This document shows, piece by piece, positions 23,143 to 30,715 of a stretch of DNA of 30,715 nt (position 1 is the stretch's first letter; every line of letters starts with the position of its first letter). Below the pieces are notes generated by a model. That model was not told where the DNA came from and did no database searches. It saw nothing but the letters and a program-made list of their open reading frames with translations. Source of the stretch: a virus; UHGV virus genome UHGV-0267581. One strand, given 5' to 3'. The position numbers and the translations under genes were made by a program.

Positions 23143-24654
23143 TTAGGGATCGGTTTGAGAAGGGTTATCCTTGCTCTCACCATCAACGATAATATTTAGT
23201 GCGCTCTTTTCGGCTTGAATCTCTGAGAATACTTTTTCAGGATCATCACCACGTTCTAATATAACGGCAGTACGTGATTTAAGTCCGTTATCAATTAAAG
23301 CAATCTCGGCGCTTACGTCTTTAAATGGATCGACGGATTCAAAACGAGGACGAATAATAGTAGTGTTCTCGATAATATGCGGAATTGCAGTAATACGAAT
23401 CGGAACAATACCACGCGCAGAATAATGGCGTAGATATGCTTCAAAAATTGGCAATACCACTGTTTCAATCAATTTGTTTTGCAGTGCTTTAACGCGCGTT
23501 CTTTGAAGTAATTCGCCGTAGCGTGCGGCGCTGTAATTTATTTGGCTAGTATCGCCAGTTAAGCCCTGATTGAACACGCCAAGACCCATCGCTATACTCG
23601 TGAACATTCCATCATTGAAGCTGTTAAAGTCATCGCCGCTTTGCGTGGATTGAATACTCTTGATCGTTGCCCCTTCCGGTAATTCCTGAATAGTACCTGG
23701 CGCGAAATCGTGAATAACTTCCGGCGCTTGATATTGTTCATCATCTTCACCAGTATCAAAATCGTCACCAGAATCTTTCGGACGCTCGATGAACGCCATG
23801 CTACAACTTGAAATTCGTTTATGTACCAGTACAGCTTCGCGGAATGCGTCTTGATGTGCGATATCCTTAATCACTGGCAGGAAGTCAGTCACACCACGCA
23901 GAGATTCAGCCGCAAGTGGTTGATAATAATGACATACTTGCGAAGCATCTACGCGATAGTTATCACCTGTGTAAGTCTGAGTCAGTAGGTTGATTTTACG
24001 AAACCAAAATGCAACAGGGCGCATTGTTTCTACGTCATACTCGATCCCCTGATAGATAGCGCGTTCTTTGCTTACTTCACGGTTGAGCGTCCAGTCGCAC
24101 TTATCAGCAGACAGGATAGAAACATTTAACTCATTGTTTTCTTTGGTTAAAACTATGAAGCACTCACCACCCATAACGCGCTCACGTTCAGCCATTACCA
24201 GCAATTCACGGAAGTTAAAGCGACCGTTACGAGAGAAGCGTTTAGCATTCTGCGCCCACTTCCAGAAAGCATTCTCGATCTGCTTATTCAGTGCGCTATC
24301 AAGTTTTCCATTTGATTTAACAACTGACGGCTTCGGATCTAGGCCAGTACCTACCACCATATCGGTGATGTATTGCGTGTAGCGACTGCCTACGGAGGTG
24401 TTTAAGGCCAGAGTACGACCCTGATCATAAAGGCGCTTACCATTCGATTTGAGAGCCTTATTGAAGGTTCCTGTGATAGTATCTTGTTGAAGCGATCCAT
24501 CAATGCGATCACCAACCAGACCTAAACTTCGAGTAGCCAGAGATTTCTGGAATTTTTCTACTTGTTTGTCGATAAAGATTTTTTGTTGTTGCTGGCGGTG
24601 ATTAGTTTTAACTGGAGTTTCTACCGCCTTTTTGCGTCGAAAAAGATTAAACAT
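23143..24654 (-). CDS. portal protein (lambda gpB-like, 503 aa)
   Basis: Position between the gpW-like gene and the protease-capsid gene; size and weak sequence resemblance to lambda-family portals; AAGGGGTAAA SD. Confidence 0.75.
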   Translation of the reverse strand: MFNLFRRKKAVETPVKTNHRQQQQKIFIDKQVEKFQKSLATRSLGLVGDRIDGSLQQDTITGTFNKALKSNGKRLYDQGRTLALNTSVGSRYTQYITDMVVGTGLDPKPSVVKSNGKLDSALNKQIENAFWKWAQNAKRFSRNGRFNFRELLVMAERERVMGGECFIVLTKENNELNVSILSADKCDWTLNREVSKERAIYQGIEYDVETMRPVAFWFRKINLLTQTYTGDNYRVDASQVCHYYQPLAAESLRGVTDFLPVIKDIAHQDAFREAVLVHKRISSCSMAFIERPKDSGDDFDTGEDDEQYQAPEVIHDFAPGTIQELPEGATIKSIQSTQSGDDFNSFNDGMFTSIAMGLGVFNQGLTGDTSQINYSAARYGELLQRTRVKALQNKLIETVVLPIFEAYLRHYSARGIVPIRITAIPHIIENTTIIRPRFESVDPFKDVSAEIALIDNGLKSRTAVILERGDDPEKVFSEIQAEKSALNIIVDGESKDNPSQTDP

Positions 24655-24664
24655 GATTTACCCC

Positions 24665-25159
24665 TTATCGCGTAAGACGTAATTTGATATTTTTAATCGG
24701 ACTAATTCCCTGTTTACGTCGTTCGGCTTGAATTAATTTAGATAACTGACGTTCATAATCAGTCTTTAATTGCTGGAGAACAGCCAATGACTCATAGGCG
24801 AAAGTATTCCCTTTCACTGTCATTTGAGATAATGCGGCTTCGTCCCCAGATAAACGGGCGAAAATAACTTGCTCGATTAAGGCGATAGTTTCCCGCAGAT
24901 ATTCTTTTTTGGATTGTTTGGCGAATACTGGCAAAACAGTTAATTCCTGCATTGATACCAGTTCTTCTTCCAAAGTTATTACGATGGTATATTTACCTTC
25001 GGCAAAATCTAAGGTTTTAATCTCATGATTAGCCGGAGAATCATCAACCTGATAGATAATACCTTTATTATTTCCTACCTGAATTGTTACACCCTCTTCA
25101 TTCGCCAGCGTGACTTTTTCGCCTTTACGAATTACTAAGGGAATTAGTTCTAAACTCAT
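24665..25159 (-). CDS. head-tail joining protein candidate (gpW-like C-terminal domain with an N-terminal extension, 164 aa)
   Basis: Position between terminase and portal, as for lambda W; the C-terminal half loosely resembles the gpW pattern. Confidence 0.45.
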   Translation of the reverse strand: MSLELIPLVIRKGEKVTLANEEGVTIQVGNNKGIIYQVDDSPANHEIKTLDFAEGKYTIVITLEEELVSMQELTVLPVFAKQSKKEYLRETIALIEQVIFARLSGDEAALSQMTVKGNTFAYESLAVLQQLKTDYERQLSKLIQAERRKQGISPIKNIKLRLTR

Positions 25160-25231
25160 AATTACCCCTTATTTAATTGTTATTGGATTAACAATATTTA
25201 GGAGTAAGCCGCCCCGAAGGACGGCGAGTTA

Positions 25232-27136
25232 TTAGAACGATGTTACCCAGCTACGGCCTCTATTTGGGCGTCTGGCGATGTTTTTACGTTGTGGTCGTGT
25301 GATTGGCTTATTTTCTTCGATTTGCTCGTCAGATTGCGATTTAGGAGCTTCTACGGGTTCTTCTGGTTCGCGGTTCAAACTATCTTTGATGGCTTCGAGT
25401 TTTTCCCATGACATTTTATTGAGTACATGGCGAGAAGCAGCATAGGAATAAGCCAGGCAGTCGAGAGCCTCGTTTCGTTGCTGACCAACTTTTACCCAAC
25501 GTGTGGTATTACCCTGCCGTTTCAACTGTTCAGATAACAATTGTTCGCAGTAGTCATCAGGAACGTCACCAATCTGGAAGACCGTATGAGGATCGCTGTC
25601 TCTCAAGTTCCGGTTAATCATTTCACGGATCATCGTCTTAAGGTTGTTTACGCCCAGAATTTTAAGAGTAAAACCACCCGTTCTTGTGTCCTTGACCGGA
25701 AGGATTGGAGCATCAACATTGCTTGCCCCTTTAATGGCGCATAGGTTTTGCCACCTAGTGCAGAAGCGATAGATCACGTTTGTAGCTCGTCCGTTCGATG
25801 AGTCCACGAAAGCAGATAGCATCGGGATTCGTTGACCTGATCGGGTATAGAATTTAGCTTTCAGGAAGTTGTAAAGCTGGTCATATGCTGGCGATTCGTG
25901 GCGTTCGCAGTTCACATCATAGAATGATCGGTGATCAACTACGCATATCCCCTTACGAGAGATACCCAGCAAGGTAGATTCCAGACGGTCTTTTTGCTGG
26001 TCAACTCCACCTACCAGAGCCAGAACATCATCAGGAATATTATCTAAGCTAATGTCAGTTTTCAGCGTTTCCAGTTCGTCGGCTGTGCGGTCTTCGTTAA
26101 GATCATCGAAGGTTTCACCGAGCACCACATTATAGAACGTTGCCAGTGACATATTCGCGTAGCTATCAGCAAAGTCCACCACACACGCACGGATAGAACT
26201 AAACGGAGACATAAGGCGGTTAGCATGAAAACCGATTACTTCCGCATTTGGTTCGGTGGCGACCCATTCTCCCTGAGCAACAGCACGGAGGCGATCTGGT
26301 TCTGACCAATCAGTTTCACATGACGGGCAACGGTAAACGGCTGTGTCTGGATTCGGCAGTGATTTACCATTGATTACATGCCAATCAAAGAATACTCTAC
26401 TCCATTCCATTACGTGTTTGTGTCCGCAATGCTGGCAAACGACGTGGTATTTTCTTTTATCCGAGAGTTCCCATTGTTGGTTTATCGCCCCATCCCGCGA
26501 AGTTGGAGTAGAAGCAATTACGATCCTTGCATCATCACCGAAAGTGGTTGCGCGTTGTTCCGCTAGCTGGATCGGGTTCCCTTCGTCTGACTCATCAGCC
26601 GCATCAACTTCATCCAGAATAATCAAAGGCAGTGTCTTACCGCGCAAGTGTGATGGACTGTTCAGCGACATGAAATACATGAATGATCCGTTACGAAGCT
26701 GAATAATCGATGAGTTGTTAACGGCATTGCGATCTGATTTGTCGGTGATCATCGCCTTTAATTCTGGGGTTGCCTCTAATACTGGCTTCACCTTACCCGC
26801 AATCCATGAGTTCAATTCTCGAACGTTCGCTTGCAAAACACCGATATTAGTAGGGTTACTGGCGATCCTGTGAAAGATAATACCGTTTAGCACAAGAGTT
26901 TTACCCAACTGTGCCGAGCACTTTAGCACAATTTTTCGCCTATCTTCGGTGATCGCGTCCATCATTCCACGTTGGAAGGGATGCAACTTAATTAGAGATC
27001 CGGCTTTAACACCATCGGTTGCAACTACATTAGCCTCTACCCATTCGCTAGGTTTCATCGTTTTAGGTGGGCGAATTGCCGCAGAGATATTTTTAAGAAT
27101 CTTTTTTAATTTGGCCTTATTAGAAATCAGTTTCAT
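25232..27136 (-). CDS. terminase large subunit, lambda GpA family (634 aa)
   Basis: Walker A CSAQLGKT and Walker B LIILDEVD; segments resembling lambda gpA (PSEWVEAN, HPFQRGMMDA, CQHCGHKHV, RNEALDCLAYSYAA); first gene of the late operon; GAGGG SD. Confidence 0.9.
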   Translation of the reverse strand: MKLISNKAKLKKILKNISAAIRPPKTMKPSEWVEANVVATDGVKAGSLIKLHPFQRGMMDAITEDRRKIVLKCSAQLGKTLVLNGIIFHRIASNPTNIGVLQANVRELNSWIAGKVKPVLEATPELKAMITDKSDRNAVNNSSIIQLRNGSFMYFMSLNSPSHLRGKTLPLIILDEVDAADESDEGNPIQLAEQRATTFGDDARIVIASTPTSRDGAINQQWELSDKRKYHVVCQHCGHKHVMEWSRVFFDWHVINGKSLPNPDTAVYRCPSCETDWSEPDRLRAVAQGEWVATEPNAEVIGFHANRLMSPFSSIRACVVDFADSYANMSLATFYNVVLGETFDDLNEDRTADELETLKTDISLDNIPDDVLALVGGVDQQKDRLESTLLGISRKGICVVDHRSFYDVNCERHESPAYDQLYNFLKAKFYTRSGQRIPMLSAFVDSSNGRATNVIYRFCTRWQNLCAIKGASNVDAPILPVKDTRTGGFTLKILGVNNLKTMIREMINRNLRDSDPHTVFQIGDVPDDYCEQLLSEQLKRQGNTTRWVKVGQQRNEALDCLAYSYAASRHVLNKMSWEKLEAIKDSLNREPEEPVEAPKSQSDEQIEENKPITRPQRKNIARRPNRGRSWVTSF

Positions 27137-27223
27137 GTAATTACCCTCATTACGAAATATGAAGGTATTTATTAAATTGTTGATATTTTGATAAATACGG
27201 GTATTAAGATTTAAGGGGGGTGT

Positions 27224-27829
27224 ATGCTAATTAATCAGCAAGAAAGAGATGAATTAGAATTAGCCTTGTCTTGTTGTACCGATCATGAATATCGTTTGCC
27301 AGTTAAGCACCATCACAAGAAGACTGATTACACTACATCCGGTTTTAGTCGCGAAGAAGCGAAGCAAATTTTAATCGAGTTGTATCGCGATCATGGGTAT
27401 ACAGATATCCATAACTTCTTTAAGAAGCACCGAACATCACAGACAGAGTTTCAGCGAGTCCGTGAATGGTTTGATTTTGATATCAAGCGTTATTATCGAG
27501 TGGATGACGGTCCAATCTATCGGTTGCAGTGGAAGCCGATCAGGGAAGTGCTTAAACAGAAGAGATTGAATCATGCCATTACACGCTATCGTAACGTGGC
27601 TTTCAAGAAAGGCTATGGTGATACAAGGGAATTGTTTGTAGAACTCGCTAACGTGCGATATAGCCATTATTACAGGAATCCTAAAGAGTTCTTCGAAGTG
27701 CTGCGCAAGGTTGATATAAGTCGGGGTACATACTATTCACGGTTGAAGAAGTACGGGATTAAGGCAGAGTTTTTTATGTCAGTTGACGATGGAGAACTTT
27801 TTCCGATAAAATGTAAGTCCTCTAAATAA
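27224..27829 (+). CDS. hypothetical protein (201 aa), divergent from the terminase gene
   Basis: ORF with a G-rich SD; Arg/Lys/Tyr-rich; no motif recognised. Confidence 0.5.
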   Translation: MLINQQERDELELALSCCTDHEYRLPVKHHHKKTDYTTSGFSREEAKQILIELYRDHGYTDIHNFFKKHRTSQTEFQRVREWFDFDIKRYYRVDDGPIYRLQWKPIREVLKQKRLNHAITRYRNVAFKKGYGDTRELFVELANVRYSHYYRNPKEFFEVLRKVDISRGTYYSRLKKYGIKAEFFMSVDDGELFPIKCKSSK

Positions 27830-27857
27830 AGGTGAACATTCACTTTAATTTGGAGAA

Positions 27858-28088
27858 ATGACTATGACTACTAAAGCTACTCGCGGTCGTCCTGCCCGTT
27901 TTAATCGTGAACAACTGGCAGAGATTGTAAAAGCGTACTATCAAGCACCGAAAGGTAAAGAGAACAAAGAACGGGTATTAAATGAGCATGGCTTATCTAT
28001 AGCCCAGCTATACAAATCCCTACATAAAGTTGATTTGAAATTCTTTGTTCAGGTTGACGGTGAAATGGTAGAAGCAACAGGAAATTGA
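27858..28088 (+). CDS. small putative DNA-binding protein (76 aa)
   Basis: GGAGA SD 7 nt upstream; N-terminal TKATRGRPARF looks like a basic DNA-binding segment; followed by a strong terminator. Confidence 0.5.
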   Translation: MTMTTKATRGRPARFNREQLAEIVKAYYQAPKGKENKERVLNEHGLSIAQLYKSLHKVDLKFFVQVDGEMVEATGN

Positions 28089-28096
28089 TTCTCTAG

Positions 28097-28123
28097 GCCA
28101 ATCCTTCGGGGTTGGCTTTTTTT
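28097..28123 (+). terminator. rho-independent terminator with UUCG tetraloop (8-bp stem plus U7)
   Basis: GCCAATCC-TTCG-GGGTTGGC followed by TTTTTTT, read directly. Confidence 0.75.
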
Positions 28124-28135
28124 ATACCTACAGAT

Positions 28136-28162
28136 ACAAAAAAGCCCCTGAAATTCAGGGGC
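28136..28162 (-). terminator. rho-independent terminator for the Rha-family gene (convergent with the previous terminator)
   Basis: GCCCCTG-AAATT-CAGGGGC with the U-tract on the minus strand (A-run at 28136-28143 on the plus strand). Confidence 0.7.
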
Positions 28163-28170
28163 AAAAATTA

Positions 28171-28968
28171 TTACAGTCCGAAGTGTTCTAGCGATCCAAC
28201 ATTCTGACGAATCATGATAGTCGCTTTATTCTGAATCATGATCGTGTTATTCGGTTTAGGCAGTGTCAAAGCTGCTTTTTGTTCTTCTTCAAGAACACCC
28301 AATTCAACCAGCACCGGAAGCACATCAACAGTGAAAGAAAGTTGATAGTGAGCGTTCATGCTGCAAAACGGTATCGCGGAATCATTAGCAACATACCCAC
28401 ACGGCTTGTTATTTTCATCATAGACGCGCTCAATGTATCCGGCAGTACGTAAGGCCGTCAGTGCTTCTTTAACCTTCGTAGCGCCCTTTTTAGCACCTAA
28501 CAGACGCGTCATTGAATGGCTATCTACGGATTTGCGATGATGTAGAGTAATCAGTTGCTTGTTCTCGCGAGTTTTCTTTAACGCCAGTTCGATCCAGTCG
28601 GTTTCTTCAAAGTCTGCATACGGGTTAACGGCTAAACGTTCCTGACGCAGTTTTTCATTTTCTTCTTTCAGTCGTTTCCATTCCTGAATAACAATCATTC
28701 GACGTTTAACATCGTAACCAGTAACAAGAGTCAGCGTCATTTCTTCGTCAAGGTGATATTCGGTTTGTTCGCGTCCATATTGGTCAAAATAGATACGCTG
28801 AGATTTCAGCGCATCTAATTCAAGTGCTTTAAACATCTTAACAATATCAGCTTTAACGTTTTTGTGTTCTTTTCCGGTAAATTCAGCGATCTGACGAGAA
28901 GACATGGTCAGTGGTTTGGTGTTATCAACAACCAGAGACACGGAAGCAGTTTTAACAGCAGTATTCAT
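28171..28968 (-). CDS. Rha-family phage regulatory protein / antirepressor-like (265 aa)
   Basis: N-terminal LTMSSRQIAEFTGKEHKNVKADI matches the conserved Rha N-terminal signature (recognised from memory); AAGGGGGA SD. Confidence 0.7.
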   Translation of the reverse strand: MNTAVKTASVSLVVDNTKPLTMSSRQIAEFTGKEHKNVKADIVKMFKALELDALKSQRIYFDQYGREQTEYHLDEEMTLTLVTGYDVKRRMIVIQEWKRLKEENEKLRQERLAVNPYADFEETDWIELALKKTRENKQLITLHHRKSVDSHSMTRLLGAKKGATKVKEALTALRTAGYIERVYDENNKPCGYVANDSAIPFCSMNAHYQLSFTVDVLPVLVELGVLEEEQKAALTLPKPNNTIMIQNKATIMIRQNVGSLEHFGL

Positions 28969-29052
28969 AGTAAAAATCCCCCTTAACGGTTTAGTGATTT
29001 AATCCTCCCTGTTCCGGCATCACCACCGGAACAATTTTATTTATAAGAAGTT

Positions 29053-29205
29053 TTATCTCGTTTTGTATTCAGCCAGGCAGCGATCAATTTCTTCTTGAAT
29101 CTGGCGCTGGCGTTCGTGGTAATCAACCATCGAGAAATTCAGGTTTGGTGTCCACGGCTTGCGGTTCGGGTTTTTACGTCCATCAATTTTCTTAGTAGTA
29201 TTCAT
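29053..29205 (-). CDS. small basic protein (50 aa), unannotated in the ORF track
   Basis: Hand-translated: MNTTKKIDGRKNPNRKPWTPNLNFSMVDYHERQRQIQEEIDRCLAEYKTR; AGAGGA SD 8 nt upstream of ATG. Confidence 0.45.
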   Translation of the reverse strand: MNTTKKIDGRKNPNRKPWTPNLNFSMVDYHERQRQIQEEIDRCLAEYKTR

Positions 29206-29327
29206 AGTTCACATCCTCTTTACAAATCTAGGTCAAATCAGTTCAAAGTTGTCAAGTGCGATAATCATAAAAAAGTCTGAAAATTTTGCCAATACCCCTT
29301 GACAAGATGCCAAAGGGTTGACCTAAC

Positions 29328-29795
29328 TTACAGCATATCTAAGCCTTCATCGTAACCGTAGAAGCCACCGTGAGAAGAAAAAGCGATTGGTGCGTAGTCA
29401 TCATCATCTTCGTCTTCTTCATCGCGTTCTGGTGCTTTCTGAGCGGTTTCTTTGCCGTAGTTAAACATTGCTTCATCCAGTTCTTGAAGAGTAAAGAAGC
29501 TACCCAGATCAACATCACCGGAACGGACTTCGAAAGGAAGGTATTCGCTAACGATGATCGCTGGAATATTCTGGTACTTTAAGCGGCCTTCATCGGTGAA
29601 GACGTTAACAACAATGGTCGGCTTCTTATTACGGCAAAACGCATACCATGCACTAGAGAAATGAGATTCATCAGAGTTGAAAAGAATGTTGTAACCACGT
29701 TCAACAAAGATCTTCATTAACTTGTCATTGTGGAAGCTATCAGCATCAAAACCTAACAGGATGAAAGGAGTAGTGGTAGTCATTTTATGGTTCAT
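29328..29795 (-). CDS. hypothetical protein with strongly acidic C-terminal tail (155 aa)
   Basis: AGAGGA SD upstream; C-terminus ERDEEDEDDDDYAPIAF. Confidence 0.55.
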   Translation of the reverse strand: MNHKMTTTTPFILLGFDADSFHNDKLMKIFVERGYNILFNSDESHFSSAWYAFCRNKKPTIVVNVFTDEGRLKYQNIPAIIVSEYLPFEVRSGDVDLGSFFTLQELDEAMFNYGKETAQKAPERDEEDEDDDDYAPIAFSSHGGFYGYDEGLDML

Positions 29796-30037
29796 AGTGG
29801 AAATCCTCTAAAAGAAAGTGAATCAATCTAATATTATTTATAAAGAGAAAATTCTTGTTATTATGAAAAGAGTGATCTGGTAGAGTCCAAAACTGGTCTG
29901 TACTTGAAAGATGATTGGATTCAGCCGGGCTAAAGCCCCCCTTCATAGATTTGATTAAATCATCATCAAAACGAAGAAGTATCTTTAGAATATAAGAATC
30001 TTTCTTTTGAAGAAAATAATAATCAGGAAGCAATTTA

Positions 30038-30066
30038 GCAACCGAAGGTTGCAATCCCGAAGGGAT
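30038..30066 (-). other. two adjacent stem-loops that read as UUCG-loop hairpins on the minus strand
   Basis: Plus strand GCAACC-GAA-GGTTGC and ATCCC-GAA-GGGAT back to back; may lie in the 5' leader of the acidic-protein gene. Confidence 0.4.
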
Positions 30067-30410
30067 ACCAATACCTTTCTAGAAATTGATTGTTACTCAC
30101 TTCGTTCGTTTACTAGAATCAGTTAGTAACTAGTATTAAATCCCTTTCTAAGAAAATCCTTTTAAAAGTGAGTGAACGCCGTAGGCGTGAACGTGAGCGA
30201 AGCGAACTATCAATCCCTTTCGAATCCTGCTTGCAGGTCTTAGAAGGTGTTGGTGGGCGCTACGCGCACGGCTACGCCGTATTCTTTTTGCGAGATCTTT
30301 CTTGAACGTAGTGAGAGAAAGCGAGCAAAAAGGAGAACGTTAGTTCGAATTTTATATTCTATGGTCTGTGGGGTATAATACCTTTCAAGGTCATACACTT
30401 ACGTGATTGA

Positions 30411-30540
30411 AGTGTAGGGTTAGTGTAGGTGTGTAGGTTTCATAGTGTAGGTTTGAGGGTGTTATAGTGTAGGTTTACTGGCTAGTGTAGTGTAGGCCAA
30501 TCCCTTTAAAGGGTAGGTGTGTAGTGTAGGTTTTCAATCA
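30411..30540 (+). repeat. array of at least 8 same-orientation GTGTAGG(T) repeats containing the palindrome CCCTTTAAAGGG
   Basis: Repeat starts at about 30412, 30423, 30431, 30445, 30467, 30485/30491, 30517 and 30524; palindrome at 30502-30513; followed by an AT-rich tract to the window end. Confidence 0.7.
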
Positions 30541-30715
30541 AAAATTTTGACAAAAAATTCTTGTATATTATTCAACCAAAAAACCACCAAAAATAGATGT
30601 AAATTCATGATTTAAAAGAAATTTTCAAAAGATCTCCGTGCCATATAAGGTTTAAAAGGTTGATAATCATTATTTGCCATTTTCAAACAAAAATTTTGAT
30701 ACACCTTTCTCGCTT

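Noticed and set aside
27180-27216. Sigma70-like promoter calls (tandem TTGATA hexamers at 27180-27193; TTGACA at 30547-30552; TATAAT at 1713-1718 in the terminator loop)
   Set aside because: Each has only one good hexamer with a poor partner or spacing; not reliable without transcript start mapping, so not reported as features.
29095-30054. ORFs 29095-29280 (+), 29370-29582 (+) and 29785-30054 (-)
   Set aside because: The first is antisense to the hand-annotated 50-aa gene, the second is antisense to the 155-aa gene, the third spans an SD/promoter region and hairpins with low-complexity translation.
30328-30345. GTTCGAAT motif resembling a tRNA T-loop
   Set aside because: Flanking sequence cannot form the T-stem or an acceptor stem; no cloverleaf could be built by eye. 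No tRNA is called in this window.
30411-30540. Possible CRISPR array
   Set aside because: Repeat unit is only about 7-8 bp with irregular 7-27 bp spacing; CRISPR repeats are longer with regular unique spacers. Treated as a protein-binding repeat array instead.

Overview
This window reads as the late (virion morphogenesis and lysis) region of a tailed, siphovirus-like phage or prophage, flanked by accessory genes. All calls rest on reading the six-frame translations and the DNA by eye; no database search, alignment or folding program was run. The minus strand carries one long operon in lambda-like order: GpA-type large terminase (25232-27136), gpW-like protein, portal, a single 668-aa prohead protease / acidic linker / HK97-type major capsid polypeptide, two connector-size proteins, a 277-aa structural protein, an 1166-aa tail fiber with a C-terminal S74-type intramolecular chaperone, a 157-aa tail-tube candidate, a G/T-type chaperone pair, a 784-aa tape measure, three small tail-tip proteins and a 1258-aa J-like tip protein (5972-9748), followed by a lysis cluster with an M15-type endolysin. 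The left end has convergent plus-strand genes including a 564-aa large serine recombinase flanked by two small secreted proteins. The right end has a Rha-family regulator, small basic and acidic proteins, and a GTGTAGG repeat array next to an AT-rich tract. The most unusual signal is a duplicated recoding cassette: both the capsid gene and the tail-tube candidate end in an in-frame TGA within a conserved UGA-ACU-AAC context, followed by a 39-42 codon open extension that ends in a shared basic motif (VTAKATxK..RKxK), a TAA and a near-identical intrinsic terminator. Other points of interest are a covarying hairpin that brackets one gene, an internally duplicated fiber gene, and a probable -1 frameshift in the chaperone pair. 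No tRNA, rRNA or CRISPR array was found.
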